From contig OX597825.1 in assembly GCA_951406725.2 (NCBI GenBank), positions 68,572,001-68,636,000 of the forward strand: DNA of 64,000 bases. Direction: 5' to 3'. The stretch comes from Octopus vulgaris (Eukaryota). The notes under the pieces were generated by a model. The model saw only the letters and a program-made list of their open reading frames with translations, did no database searches and was not told the DNA's origin. This document shows positions 38,596 through 52,615 of the stretch, one piece after another. Position 1 is the first letter of the stretch, and each line of letters begins with the position of its first letter. The position numbers were made by a program, and so were the translations under genes.

Positions 38596-38681
38596 GTATA
38601 ATAGACTCAACCAGTACTTGATAGTTTTACGCATGCTCGCCTGACGTCCTGGTCAGATCACGACTTTGTGTTCAGGTAAGA
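38596..38681 (+). promoter_or_regulatory. Candidate core promoter and non-coding first exon of GAPDH
   Basis: TATAATA at 38597, Inr-like ATAGTT about 25 nt downstream, CpG-rich short segment, consensus donor CAG/GTAAGA at 38675/38676. Confidence 0.35.
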
Positions 38682-39654
38682 AGATGCCTCCTTAACACTC
38701 TCCCTCAATAGACATTTCTCTCTCTATTTTTTTCTTATTGCTGTGTATTTGTGTCTTGTTTATTAATTTATTCTCTACCACTGCCCTTCTCTCCTATCAC
38801 ACTAGACACGTATAATAATGATAATAATTGTTATCAGTTAATTCATGTTTATCATTCTGAAGGAGAATATTTTTTTTTTGCTTTATAAATTTCTTTATTA
38901 ATTCTAGTTATTTTTTTTCCTAAATGTAATTATTCTAAAACCTTTTCCTTCACCACTCTACCCTTCTTTTTTTTTTCTTTTGGGGGTCTGATCACTGACT
39001 CTTTCTTCTCTTCTCTATCTCCCTTTTTGTCTTTCTCTCTCTCCTTATTTACCTCTCACTTTCTCTTTCTCCCTTTCTGCTTCTCTTCCTTTTTTTTCTT
39101 CTTCTCCCACTCTGCCTCCCTTTCTCTCTCTGATTCTCCTCTTCTCTCTCTGCCTCCCTTTCTCTCTCTGATTCTCCTCTTCTCTCATCTCTCTCCTCCT
39201 TACCCCCTCCCTCAGACGTCATTCGTCCTTGACAATTATCTGTGACACGGATACCTTCGCCTTGTTCCTATTTTCACATTCAAAAAACACATAAAAACCC
39301 CCAAAACCCAATAAATTCCATTTTCAAAACTATCACAAATTATTCTTTTTTCAAAATCATTAGATGTTATTACGTATTTACATATAAACTGATGAGATTC
39401 TGTGGTGTTCATGCTTTGTTTCCTCAAGGACATTTGCAATATTTTAATTTTCTCATAATATATGAACAATTTTTTTTTTTCATTTTTCAAAGAAATTCTC
39501 GAAATTTAAAATAGCTAATATACATAATATATATATTTAAGAATGAAAAATCATAATGTAAATTCAGTTGGCCGAGCACTGATCTCTACTTTGTTAGTGT
39601 CCAAATATATTTTATATATAGCATGAAATATTTAATTAAATATGGTAAAGCTTG

Positions 39655-39971
39655 TCGGTGCCGGATTTAGGCATATAAGGCTAAATCTTAGGACTTAGAT
39701 CCTTAGGGGCTTGGAAATATGTCGTTAATTGAGACTTAGTGTAAGTTTTAGGTGGGGTGCTGTGAAGTTAAGGCCTCATCGACTCATAAAGCGCCGAATT
39801 TAGACATAAAGGCCGGAAAACTCTGGCCCGAGGGCCTCACATTGTGCAGGGTGGGGGACCCTGAAAATAGCTAAATAGCATATTTCTTGTCATTTAATTA
39901 AAGACGATCGAAATCCTTGCAGGCTTTGTTATATCGAAGGACGACGTCACAGACACTAAATCCGGCACCGA
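39655..39971. mobile_element. hAT-like MITE
   Basis: Perfect 16-bp inverted termini TCGGTGCCGGATTTAG and CTAAATCCGGCACCGA. No clear TSD. Confidence 0.7.
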
Positions 39972-40759
39972 TTCTGCACATAATAATTACATCAAATATG
40001 CTTGACATACATGTTAATTAGTATATTTTATTTTATACTTAAATTTTAACGAGCTTAATTATGTATTCTTCTAGCCCTGAAATTAATTTGCAATCGCAAT
40101 AAGTTCAGTTTATTAATGAGAGTTTAAATGATAACGGTAATGTTGGTTTTAAATGCGTGGAAGGTGTAAAATTCGTATTGATATAATGTCGAAGTGTGTA
40201 TAAACCTATTTCCACCTATTGAAAAAAAATCCTTTGTCTGGCAATATTTATATATTACATATGTGTAGTCATTGCTTTCTCCATTAAACTTTGATTAATC
40301 TCTGCCACTCTTTAAATAAGAGAGAGAAGGGCGTTTTTTCTCCTTCTTATTTCTCAAAGTAGGCCGACCGACCGACCATTAATTAAACCGACCAAGATCA
40401 TAAGGAATAATTAAACAAAGGATCTTTTGTTAGTTTTTCGCACTTCTTCATTGTTACAGCATTGATATATTTGTTCTGTGATATTTATTGCCTGTTATAG
40501 TCATTGTTCTGTTTCCTCTTTTCCTTGTATTTTCCCTCCCAATCCCTGCTAACTTGTCACGTACTCATCCACACCTTTTAATAATGGCGTGTTCTCACTC
40601 TTTTCAATACTACGTTGCAAGTTCGTTTCTATTATATTAACGGCGTTGATTATTCAATCCTAACCTTTTTTTCTTCTGTCTTCACCTAACTAATCAGCTA
40701 ATTTCTTTTTTAATTGTAAAAAATTCAGATAAAAATTAATAAAAACGGCCTAGGATGTG

Positions 40760-41262
40760 ATATGACCTTGAGTGCTTGGGGTGAAGGTCATATGGCGGTC
40801 GTTTGTTTTTCCTTTTTTTTTTTTCTAGTCAAATTTGCTGCACCCATTTTCTTCTAAAATTCCTCTTTTCTTTATTGTATGGCTTTTTCCTTTATTATAT
40901 TTATAGCCAATATTACTTACAGCCAGTATTTTTTTTTCTCTTTTTTGAAGCCTGGTAGAAATTAGTGTATAAGATGTATACCATTCTCAAGGACATTTAG
41001 CTAGCGACGTCATGCAAAAGAGGAGGCTGGCTTTTAAAACATGGTCTCCGTGCCTGCCAAAAATAGCAGTCAAATTTCCTTATCACATTGTTAAAATAAA
41101 AAATTAAAGAACACGTAAGATAAGGCCATCTTAGATGCACCTAAGATGGCATATCCTTCGGTAGGAACATCTTCGATGGTACTTTCGCTTGATCAGCACT
41201 GCTATGGAGCGGGTTTGATCGGTGGAAATGATTCGATGAAGTTCATGCCTTTCTCAAGGTCA
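40760..41262. promoter_or_regulatory. Cluster of three TNAAGGTCA nuclear-receptor (ERR/NR5A-type) sites
   Basis: TGACCTTGA at 40763-40771, TGAAGGTCA at 40782-40790, TCAAGGTCA at 41254-41262. Confidence 0.4.
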
Positions 41263-41872
41263 CCAAGCTATGTCGAGGCGATCTCGAAGTTGATGAAATT
41301 TAGAGATTTGTCTGATGGTTTGTTAATTGTTATATATAAACGTGGGAATTTTCCTATAGGTGCAGCAGCAATGTTTTAATATATTTCTATCTGGGGAAAG
41401 TTTTTGCTCACATGATCAAGCAACCGTAGAATATCTTGGAAATGAAATAAAAATTTGTTATCCATAATCTTCATTTCAATTTTAAAAGCTTATTTATTTA
41501 TGCTGTATATATAGAGAAACTGTTTTCACGAAGCTTGTCGGGTGGTTTAAGTATTCTTTTTTCAGACAATCGCTTGTCAAACATTAATTTTGTCGAATGT
41601 CCAACGAATGTTTGCATCAAACTTGTAATTTTATTTATCTCCTTATACTTAGCTTAGTTTTTTAAATATTTATCTTCATACCTTAAATTCATAAATTAAA
41701 TCTCATGCAATAATATATTCGTGATTCCGCCGAGGTCGACTTTGCCTTTCATCCTTTCGGGGTCGATAAATAAAGTACCAGTTTCGCACTGGGGGTCGAT
41801 GTAATCGACTTAATCCCTTTGTCTGTCCTTGTTTGTCCCCTCTAAGTTTAGCCCCTTGTGGGCAATAAAGAA

Positions 41873-41905
<33 letters not shown>

Positions 41906-44900
41906 TGTATGTGTGCGCGGTTGTGCTTCTAGATTCTCCTATTCCATTCGATTTCAGATGTATCAAGTTTTGCTCTCCATCTCTCTAAATTTCATTTAGC
42001 ATCTGTTAAATTTAAATTTCTTTTATTCGTTCTCACACACACTGGGGGAAAAAGTACTCAATACCGTTAAAATAACGTTCAGTCTCTGCTTTGAATACAT
42101 GTCTTCATTTCATGTTTTGCCATTTTCATCTAATATGGTAATTCTTAGAACTTGATTTTCTCCTTCATCCACCCGTCTATCTGTTTTCTTTCTCCCCCGC
42201 ACTCTAAAGTCTGCCACTTATTTTTTTTCTTTTCATCCTAACATCGTTAATTTATTCTCTATCTCCTCATCACCACCCCCCCGCTTCTCTGTACATCGTC
42301 TTATTTCCTCACTATATCTTTCCCCCCACCCTGATTGAGCTTCTCAAATTTCCTCTACATGTACTACCGATAGGGTGGCAAAGATTTGAGATGGTTAAGT
42401 AGAGAAAACAGCTTCTTCCCTGTTTTAGCTATCTTGTAATAGTGTCAAACTCTCCTTAACCTGCTTTAGTTTTAAAAATCTTCGAGGGCTACGTGGACAC
42501 GACTCAAATACCCCTCCGTTACGTTTCCGTAGACAGCTGGACTAGCTCTTGGTCTTATACTTTGACCACAAAGAGATCAATATTAGCAGCAATGCTCGAG
42601 AGATTCAAGCATTTGCATCTGCTTTTATTTTAATCGAAAGCTGGAACTGTCTACTGCTTACTCTCTTTTTATCTCTATTTGTTGTGTGTGTGTATAGCAG
42701 CCACTTTTTTTTTCTCTACCTCTATGCACTTTTCATCTTACCCCTTTCTTGCATTCGTTCTCTCTAAATCTGCCTGTCTATCTACTCCATCCTACCTTTT
42801 TCTTTGACTGTTTGTTCGTCTGCCTCTTCATTTAAACTGTCACCCTCTTTTTGCAGACTCTTTTGTGACGTACTCCTTTCACCATCCCTGCTTTTCTTTG
42901 TCCTACACACACACCATATTAAATGCATATCCTATATTTTTTTCACATTTCCTTCCCTTTAACTTTGCACACCTGCCCCTTGCTTTGTTTTCTTTTCCCC
43001 CTTATCCCTTTCCCTCTTTCACTTCACTGGATCAAAAGACTGGTCCTTGCTTTTCCTTATTCATTTTCACAGTTTCATCTCTCGATACTGAGACTTTTCA
43101 GAGAACAGCCAAAGAAGTTATGGCAAGATGCTAGGGCCGGTTGAATGAAACGAATCTAGGCCATGTACTTTTACAGGGCTCATTTGTTCAGAACCTTATT
43201 GTTTGGGGGGAGAAGAGGAGAGGAGAATTAATGCCTCTTCTTGTTTGACTAGTTTGATGCTAAAAAAAATATGCATATATGTAAATACAATATTCTAGTT
43301 GTGCTAACATGGAAAGAAAATTAGCAAGTTTTCTATTGTTTTTTTTTTCTTTGTGTATGCCACATCTTCAAAAAGTACCGAAAAATTAAAACCTGAAATG
43401 AAAGCGTCTAGGTACTGACAGTGTCCACGTTTAGTGAACATAATCCTTTTTTTTATTGAAGTGCTGATATTTATATATTGATGGCTGTGAGGTTGTCTGA
43501 CAGGGATTAAATAGCATCATTAATTTGTATACATGAGCTTTAAAGGCCATTATTTGAAGATCTGCTAATTAGCTGATATTAATTATGGGGAGTTGGGGTT
43601 GAATTTATGGTAGTCGTTTAGCCACAGTTCATCTCTGATCAAGTTGACCCACGTCACAAATGTAGGTTCAACGACCAGGTGTCATCCAGATATTTGTTGC
43701 AGATCACTGGTGAACAGTCTATAGATCAGTGTGTCAATTTTTGTTTCTTTAATAATCCTGTTATTAGTGTATCATATATACATTTTTATTTTAGATAAGT
43801 GATATATAATCTGTTCGAAATCTTTTTTCCTTCCAAAGTCCAGTGTCATCTAAAAACCTTCAGGGTGTCACTGATCTTTGTATCACAGGTTTACCATTAC
43901 TGCCCTTGATACACCATATCTCTGCCAAGTTAAGGACCAAACTGTGCACTCCATCATGTAGTCAGCTTTTATGTGGTGTAGCGTCGGTCTGAGAATGTTC
44001 CGATTTTTTTTCTTTTTTTTTTCCATTTTTGTCTGTAGATTGTGAGTTTTATTTTGGCCAAATTAATTTTGATGTTAGCTGGAGTAAGAGGGAGAAGTCA
44101 AGGAGAATTATCACTCGTGTTGGTGATTGATTTAATGTAGGCTGTAAGGGTGCACATTGGAATTGTGTAATGCTTTATAAAAGTAAGTTCTAATTATGTC
44201 AGCTGTTGGGTTTCATACGGGATGTGTATTGTGATCATGAGAAACATTGCGGCCAAGTGAACTGACCCCAACCCCTTGCAAAGAGAACAAATAAAATGAA
44301 AACTAAAGCAATCATATTGCCCAAAAGATCGATCAGTCTATTTCAGTCATACAGTATTTTGGCTAGACCTGTTTTATTGTCATAGTGTAATAGATTAGTG
44401 AGATGGTATAGTGCATGACAGTTACAGATTTGAGATGAAGTAATGATATAGGGTCATTTAGAAAACTGGACATTTGAGCAGAGGCAATATTCCTGGTCCA
44501 GCCCTTGGTAAAATGAATTCAATGTGTTTTTTTTTTAAATTCTTTTTTGATAATTTTTTTCTGTATGCTGTATCTTAGTTGAACAATCCACTTGTTAGCC
44601 TTATCTAATGCTTCTAAGCATTTCAACATTTTGCTTAGAGTGACTAATAAACTGTTTCATTAGTAATACTGACCTCTTGCATGTCCGTTATATCTTTCTT
44701 GCAACTAGTGTCTTTATAGTAGCAAAACTTGCTAGATGTTGTAACCAAGACTCACCCGAGTCGCACTCATCCATTTTAACCCCATAACATCGGCTGACGT
44801 AAATTTATGTGTGCTGTAAACTCACTCTGAATCGGATGATAAATACACGCAGCCCTATCTGCTGTGGTTTTGTACCTGTTTGTTTACAAGTTGATATAGA

Positions 44901-46813
44901 TATCCGCTATCACTCACGGAATTGATAACAGAAGCCACTGTGCAAATTTCAAGGAATCTGATAGGTTTGTTAGATTCCTGTAAATATTTCCAACCCAGTT
45001 CGAGACTTCATTACCATAATAGTATAAAAGCAGCAGTTTTGGCGGTTACACCATGACTTCCTATCATATTTGTACACGTTCAGCAAATTCTTCTGGTCCT
45101 TTACAGAATTTATAATTGCATCCAGCTATGCCAGTTTTGTTGAATTTACGGTCCTTGCAGCGATGACACTTTACATAAATGAACAGTGCATGCTTTAAAG
45201 CAGTTGATGTAAAATATACACTGAACTGTTGTGTGCTAATTGCTGATTTTGGCCAAGATGATTATCATAAGTGCAACCCTTTGTCATGGGGTTAAAAAAA
45301 GAAAAAAATGAAGGGCATTTTAGAATAAGTTGTAGAAACTCCTATGGACTGGTTGAATGGTCATAGCTTGAATGCTTTTGATCATAGATTTGCATGGCAG
45401 TAAACAATAGCCTTGTTCCCTAATTGTAGAGGGAGCATGTGGAAGGGGTAGACCCAAGAAGATGTAGGACAAAGTGGTGAGAAAGAAAGGGTCTACAGAC
45501 TTTGGGACTAACAGAAGGGATGGCAGGGGACTGAGACTCCTGATAGTTTGCTATGCTTGAAAAGGCACTTCAAGCTAAGTAAAAGCAAGCTTGGTTGCCC
45601 TTGCATACAGGCTCCAGCTGAGCATCCCTAATCTTGTGGGCTCATAGGTGCTGCATAAAAGAACCCCTTATACTAAAGTGGTTGCTGTTAGGAAGGGCAA
45701 CCAGACATGGAACCTGAACAGCTGTTTAGCTAGTCAGCTCCTGTTCAACCCATGCCAGCATAGAAAATGAACATTGAATGATGATGACGGTTTAAGATGA
45801 AGTATTTTTCATCAGTTTATTTGTAAACGAGTACTACAAATGCCATAGCAATGTTGTCTTCTCAAGAGGCAATTGATAGGTCAGTAGTTAATGGTCTTTT
45901 ATTCTAACTGGTATTTGGTTGTGTAAATTCTTACAAAAAATATTGTAGCAACTTTATGTAAATGAGGCAAAATATGAGAAAATTATGTGAAAATTCCAAC
46001 TGCATGGAGTCGATATTCTTTTTGATACTGAGGACCTTTCACATTTTTCAACGAAGGAGCTGTGCTTGCAGATGTTGTGGTTTGTTGCACTGTCTTGGTG
46101 TTAGATTTTTCATTGTTCTCTTGTAATAAATATTGACTTTTACTTCGGTCTTAGCTTTCTGGTTCTATCAAAACCAGTCTCGTGGTGAGGATCAAACTGA
46201 TGGATAAATTACACACCATATTATCTTTACATTCAAAACGAACCTAGACTCTTTCAGGGACAATAAAACAAAAAAGCCAGAAGTAAAAATAAACTTTTGA
46301 AAACTCCAACCTAACAAAGACTTGAATTTCACAGATAAAACGAATTCATCAAAATATTTTATTCAGGAGAGACATAGGGTAAATCTTGATCTCCCACAAC
46401 TTTTTTGTTTTGGCAAACAAAAGATTTATTTTAGAAACTTTTTTTCTAAAAGTGTTATTAGTCAGTATGACAAATGTCAGTCATTTAATTGTTGAATTGG
46501 TCTGAATAATGTAAATTATGAAATTGTTTGTGGTGGTTATTAATTACATAATTGCTTGCTGCATGAGACTGATAGATTGGTAGCATTCATTAACTGTTGG
46601 TTTGCATAGTTACTTATGCTACATATACAGCAGCCTGATATTGTAATTAACACTATTTGGTGTATATAGTCCCTTGTTAATTTACTAGACTTAAAAAAAT
46701 ATTAAACTCATATTGACAATTTGTAGTTGCATTCTTAAACTCTTACCTAATCAGTACTGGTGAGAAATTAACCGTCTTAAGCCAACTTAGCCGAATCGTT
46801 TCCAGTGGCTACC

Positions 46814-46924
46814 ATGGCAGCACTTGATCCAGCTCTCCTGCAGACAATAAAAACTGTTGTTTCGGAAGAAGTTAACCGTGCAGTCGAACCTCTGAGACAA
46901 GAGCTAAATCGTCTGCGAAGCAAG
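46814..46924 (+). CDS. Candidate alternative upstream coding exon of GAPDH (37 aa, MAALDPALLQTIKTVVSEEVNRAVEPLRQELNRLRSK)
   Basis: Strong Kozak context accATGG, 111 nt with no stop, coding-like composition, phase-0 donor AAG/GTAAAA. In frame with the GAPDH exon starting at 57530. Confidence 0.65.
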
Positions 46925-48054
46925 GTAAAAACTACATTTGATGTAGATCAAAACATTATCTGTATAAAGTGAGTACGCATATATATATACATATATATAG
47001 GTAGTAACTTGTCTTCTAAGACTTGATTATTGTTAATTATGAGTTATATAAATTAGCCTTACATTTGTTTTGTGATTGTGAGTGAGGCATGCTGTTCTTT
47101 TGCCTTGGTCTATTTGACTGGCAAAAGATTCCACATTCACCACAAGCTTCAACCAATTCATGATTGGAAAGGCATACATGCAGCCAAACACTGTTGTTAA
47201 ATAAGCCAAGGTTCATGTGAAGTACATGGAAGATTTTGGCAAATGCCACATGCTTACTCCTCGTCTTCACATGTTTTAAAAATTTGTGTTCTGAAGAGGT
47301 GACTGACAGTTCTGTTGCAATGGATGCTCTATTTTATCTAGTTTGATACTGCACTATTCCGAGTTCAAATTGCACTAGTGGTGACTCTCCTCTTTCTGTG
47401 ATTGAAAACCTATCATTCATTATCTAATTTGGCCTCCTACAGGATTTGGCTCCATATCTATTTAAATAAGCCTATTGAGTAATTACCATGTCCTTTTAAA
47501 ATCTTGACACATTTTTGTTTTGATGCAATCTTGTAAATTCTTTATTTCTCAAAGTGTCTCTACGAGAAGAATCTTATCAAGAGTAACTCTTGTCTGTAAC
47601 TGTTCGTCACAGAAAGGAGATGTCCCATTGTTCCTTTTCCCATTTCACTTTGGTGTTTCTGGTTAAATCGAATCCATTGCAGTGTCACACAGCACAAGTG
47701 TTCTCATTGTGGCTCTTTATGAATTTTCTGTAAATAGTGTTCATGTTATTTTCAATCCTTCAATTGAATTAAAAAGTAATAAAAGAAAAAAAAAATGAAC
47801 CAGCATATTGCTTTTGAATTAACCAAAATTTTAATGTGGATGGTATTGGATATAAGTATCAATTTAAAACAAAAGAGCAACAATCCTCACCCGAAAGAGC
47901 AGTTTAGTTCACATACTTGCTATAAAAGTATCATTTTTTTCAAGTAATTGAAAATAAAGTATCAGCAATATCTAGAATATAGAAGGTTAGTCTTAGTTTG
48001 CTGGTGTTCTTACCAGGCGAGTGTTTTGATCCGAGACTGTTGAAACTAAAATGA

Positions 48055-48584
48055 TTTAGTTAGTTAGTTAATTATTTGGCTCAAAAAGCAAGGCCATGTA
48101 GGGGGACATGAAGTTATGTACAGGGTGGTGTTCATGTAAAGAGTTCAGGCCACTTGTGGTCAAGGGAGACTTTGAACCGAGTGGTCGTTGGCATCTTCAC
48201 TATCTCGTCCGGCAGCTTATTCCACGGATCCGCAACCCGGACGGAGAGAGCCCCTCTCCTTCGATTGAGATAAAATCGTCGCAGATAGAGCTTTTCAGAG
48301 TGACCCTGCAGCCGACGCTCTGGAGCAGGAGTGAAGAACAGCTCTTTTGAGAGGTTACACTTTCCGCTTATGATGTTGTGAGCAAGAATGAGATCACCAC
48401 GGTGTCGTCGTTTTTCTAGAGAATAAAGGTCGAGTGTCTTCAGCCCTTCTTCATAAGACAAATGCTTGAGACCAAGAACCATGCGGGTAGCCAGCTTTTG
48501 GACTCTTTCGAGATGCTGTATGTCTTTGAGGAGATAAGAAGAGCCTTGAATCCCGTACTCCAATTTGCAGTATGGAAGAGACAT
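48055..48584 (-). mobile_element. 5'-truncated CR1-clade LINE (RT C-terminus, 3' UTR and (TAAC)n tail)
   Basis: Reads KLEY...DIQHLERVQKLATRMV.GLKHLSYEE.L..L.LYSLEKRR.RGDLI...RV...WNKLP. Tail ttagttagttag at about 48056. Confidence 0.92.
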
Positions 48585-50889
48585 GATGGATGCATAAAGA
48601 CTAACAGTATTAATTTCACTTAAACATTTGTTACATGGTTATATTGCATGTATTGTAACCAGGTCACTGTTCAAGCAACACAAATTTGACATGACAGATG
48701 TTTGTGAAATTAAGTCTGTATTTTTGAATAGCTTATAGGCCTTTTTGTGCTCTAATAATTTTTAGCCTCTTGATTTTTGTCAATAAAATAGATTTTTTTT
48801 GTTGAAATTGTGTAAATTGCAAGCAGTAGCATAACCAGTTGTAGGTTTCCAATTGATCACTGGTGCATTATTCTTCAATGGCGAGTGATGTCAAAATGTC
48901 TTTGTAACTCGGGATAGAATAAATACCACAAGGTGTTTTGCATGTCCCATGTTAATCCGTTTTCTTGTCAATGTATATATTCCACTGGTATGCAACAGGC
49001 TTCCACACTATTCCTACAAACCAAATTCCACTGGTAGGCATTGGTTAAGCTGAGGCACTTGTCCGACCTGAGGTGCTGTATAGTAGAACTGAACCCAGAA
49101 ATTATCATCATTGTTTAACGTCCGTTTTCCAGGCTAGCATGGGTTGGACGGTTCAACCGGGGTCTGAGAAGCCAGAAGGCTGCACCAGTCTGATCTGGCA
49201 GTGTTTCTACAGGTGGATGCCCTTCCTGACGCCAACCACTCCATGAGTGTAGTGGGTACTTTTAAGGTCTTGTAGAGAAGAAAATTGCTCTTTACATAGG
49301 ATCATCATCACTTTGTCTATTGATTGGGACCAGTTGTTCCACCTGGGACAACTGACAGATACTCTTTTACTTGTTTCAGTCATTTGACTGCGGCCATGCT
49401 GGAGCACCGCCTTTTAGTCGAGCAAATCGACCCCGGGACTTATTCTTTGTAAGCCCAGTACTTATTCTATCGGTCTCTTTTGCCAAACCGCTAAGTGACG
49501 GGGGCGTAAACACACCAAGCAATGCTAGGGGGACAAACACAAACACATACACACACACATATATATATAAATATATACGACGGGCTTCTTTCAGTTTCCA
49601 AATCCACTCACAAGGCATTGGTCGGCCCGGGGCTATAGCAGAAGACGCTTGCCCAAGATGCCATGCAGTGGGACTGAACCCGGAACCATGTGGTTGGTAA
49701 GCAAGCTACTTACCACACAGCCACTCAAACCTTGTTTTCAAGTCAGAATAGAAAATAAAATGAAACTTGTTTTCTGTATGATTTTAAGATGGTTATTGGT
49801 TTCAGTGATTCACATAGACTTTAAGCTAACGTTCTTACATCATCCAGTTGTAAATTATAATAAATTAATATTATATAGTACGTATGGAGTGTACTGAGGA
49901 AATCCGGATTTTTAGTGCTGAACCAAATAACACCATGATGTCATTGCTATCCAAAGTTACCTCCCTTCTCTCAGTTTCCCAATTTGATGGCTGCTAAATG
50001 TATTATGGCTGAGTTGTCGACATATTGTATCATGGCTTAAAAGACGCACGAGCATATTAGATGCAACTATTATTTCAGCAGTGCATTTTTAGGTGGGGAG
50101 TAGGGAAAGAGTTTAATGCATCAAAGCCTAAAAGGATAGGCTTCTTAATTTCTGGCCTCATACCTAAATCAGAAATCACAATTTGTATCAAGTGCAAGTT
50201 AATGCATTGATAAATGTAGGCGGGGGTCACCTGCTTAAACATTATTCAGAATGTGTATTAGTAATTAAACACACATTTTAACAGGGAATTTAGTAACTGA
50301 ATGAGTACTCAATACTAGGTATAAAGTACATTAGCTCTTGTTGCCAGTCTTAGATCTCCTTAAGTAGAGTTGGTCTACTGACATTCTTTGACAGCTGGAT
50401 CTCTGGCTGTAAGCCAGGATATAGGTACATATATAGATATAGCTGTTTGGTTTTGACAAGCCATTGCAACTACCTACTCAGTGTGAATGTTGAGTATGGG
50501 ACTGACAACTGCACACTAATTACAGGTTTGGTTCATCTGGTGGTCTGTCATACAGTGTCTTCCCAGTTTCACTTGCAAGGCTTTTTTTTTTGTTGAATTG
50601 GGAACGTGGCAGAAAAAAAACTCTTGCAGCCTGGATTGATCTCAGAATCATGTACACAAAAAAAACAAAAACAAAAAAAAAAAACACTTGTGTTCCATAT
50701 ATACTGTATCTTTTCTCTTTACTTGTGTCTTGGGATTGCAGCCATGCTGATGCACCCACCTGGAAGGGTTCAGTTCAATAAATCAACCCCAGTACTTTTT
50801 TAATGTCTGGTACTTATTCCATCAGATTCTCGTTAAATTACTAAGTGATAAGGACATAAGCAAAACAATACCGATTGTGAAGTGATGGT

Positions 50890-50931
<42 letters not shown>

Positions 50932-52576
50932 CTTCTTTCAGTTTCTGTCTTCCAAATCTACTCAAGTTTTTGGTTGGCTCAGGGCTATAGTAGAAGACAC
51001 TAGCTCAAGGTGCCATGCAGTGGCACTGTAACTTTGGTTGAGTAACACAGCCATACCTGCTCCTTTATATACTTATACACCAATACAATAGATCGGATTT
51101 TCTCCTAAACATGAAAATTTAATTTCTTATGTTGCTAACAGATGTTTTCCTTCTCCAACTAAGTAGTAGATTTCAGTTGAGGATTCTTTGCATGTCATAT
51201 CCACTACCACCCAAATTTGTGTGTGTATTTTCTAGAATATAAACCGGATGTCTTTGAAAATATTTTAATGTTAAAAGGTGTGGTTGAAGGAACCCATGTA
51301 TTACATTTACATTGTCCATTCTGATGTGATTTGAAATCAGAACCAGTTCCTTTTTAAACTTTAATAATTTTCCATTGCTTTGAATGAGAGCAGATTAGCT
51401 GCTGATAAAGATATATCCTGCTGAAGAACTTTTTAATGATTCTCAAAGGTAGATGGTTAGCTCAATCCAAATAGGCTGGATGGTCAATAACTAAAATTTA
51501 ATATTGGTTAGATGTAATTTATAGACCTGTATCATCATTGTTTAACATCCATTTGAGACAGTAAACTCCAACAGATCCACTAATATAGCTAAATCTGTCT
51601 CAGTTGTCAAGTGTCAACATTATCAATTATGTAGAAAACCTGGTATGACTTCTGATTAACTACAATAAGGTTTTGCAATTTTGACTTTGTTTTAAAGTAA
51701 CTTGTTGAGTTACATAAGATAGGCCTTGGCTAAAAATACGTGAGGTTATTGCTCTCTTTTGTTTTAAACTGTTGTTTGTAAGGTCCGGTACCATTTACAC
51801 TAAAATACAGGCAGTTAAGTGTGTTTTAAGTGTATTTTTTTAATGTATGGAATGTCTCATAGTTTGATACTTATCACACTTGCACTGTTCATGTTGAGTG
51901 ACCTTATTTTTTGCTAAGGTATCTGGACAAAAACCAGCCAGTGAAATTGTACCTGTGGTAGGTATCTGCAATGAATTGCCGAGTTTCTAGATGAAATAAA
52001 AACTGCATGCTGGTTTGAAATGTCTGAGTTAAATGTAGCAACAAGCTTTTATAATACATAACACCTGTAGTTGTGGGAAGCACTTCTATGGTGTACTTGG
52101 GATCTTGTGGCTGACAAGCTTTAAATTGTAGCTTATTTGACTTTCTGGTCTGCTAATTTTAAAATTAAATCTTAATTTAGGTAGATTTCCCTTTCATAAA
52201 CAATAATCAAGGATGGAGCAAAATCCCTGTATTCTGTCTAGTCTGTGAATTGGTTCTTTCATAATGCTATCACTTTCTTCACTGTTGCACTTGTCTTAAT
52301 TTTCTGTGTTTCCTTTCTAAGGGAGGGACTGTTATTGTCAGTATGGAGGTACTTTTCCAATATGTTTCCTTAAACAACTGAATTAAAAGCTATGAAATCT
52401 TTTTAGCAATAATTTTTACTCCATTTCACCCTCATAAACCAAACTCCAAATTGTTTATAGTTTTGTGATGTCCATGTTAGGTTTACCTCGCTGTTAAAAT
52501 TTATATTTATCAAGCTTGAATCAGTCTGTTAAACTGATCAGTCTTCTGATGCTGACTTTGCATTTAGTATAAACCA

Positions 52577-52615
<39 letters not shown>

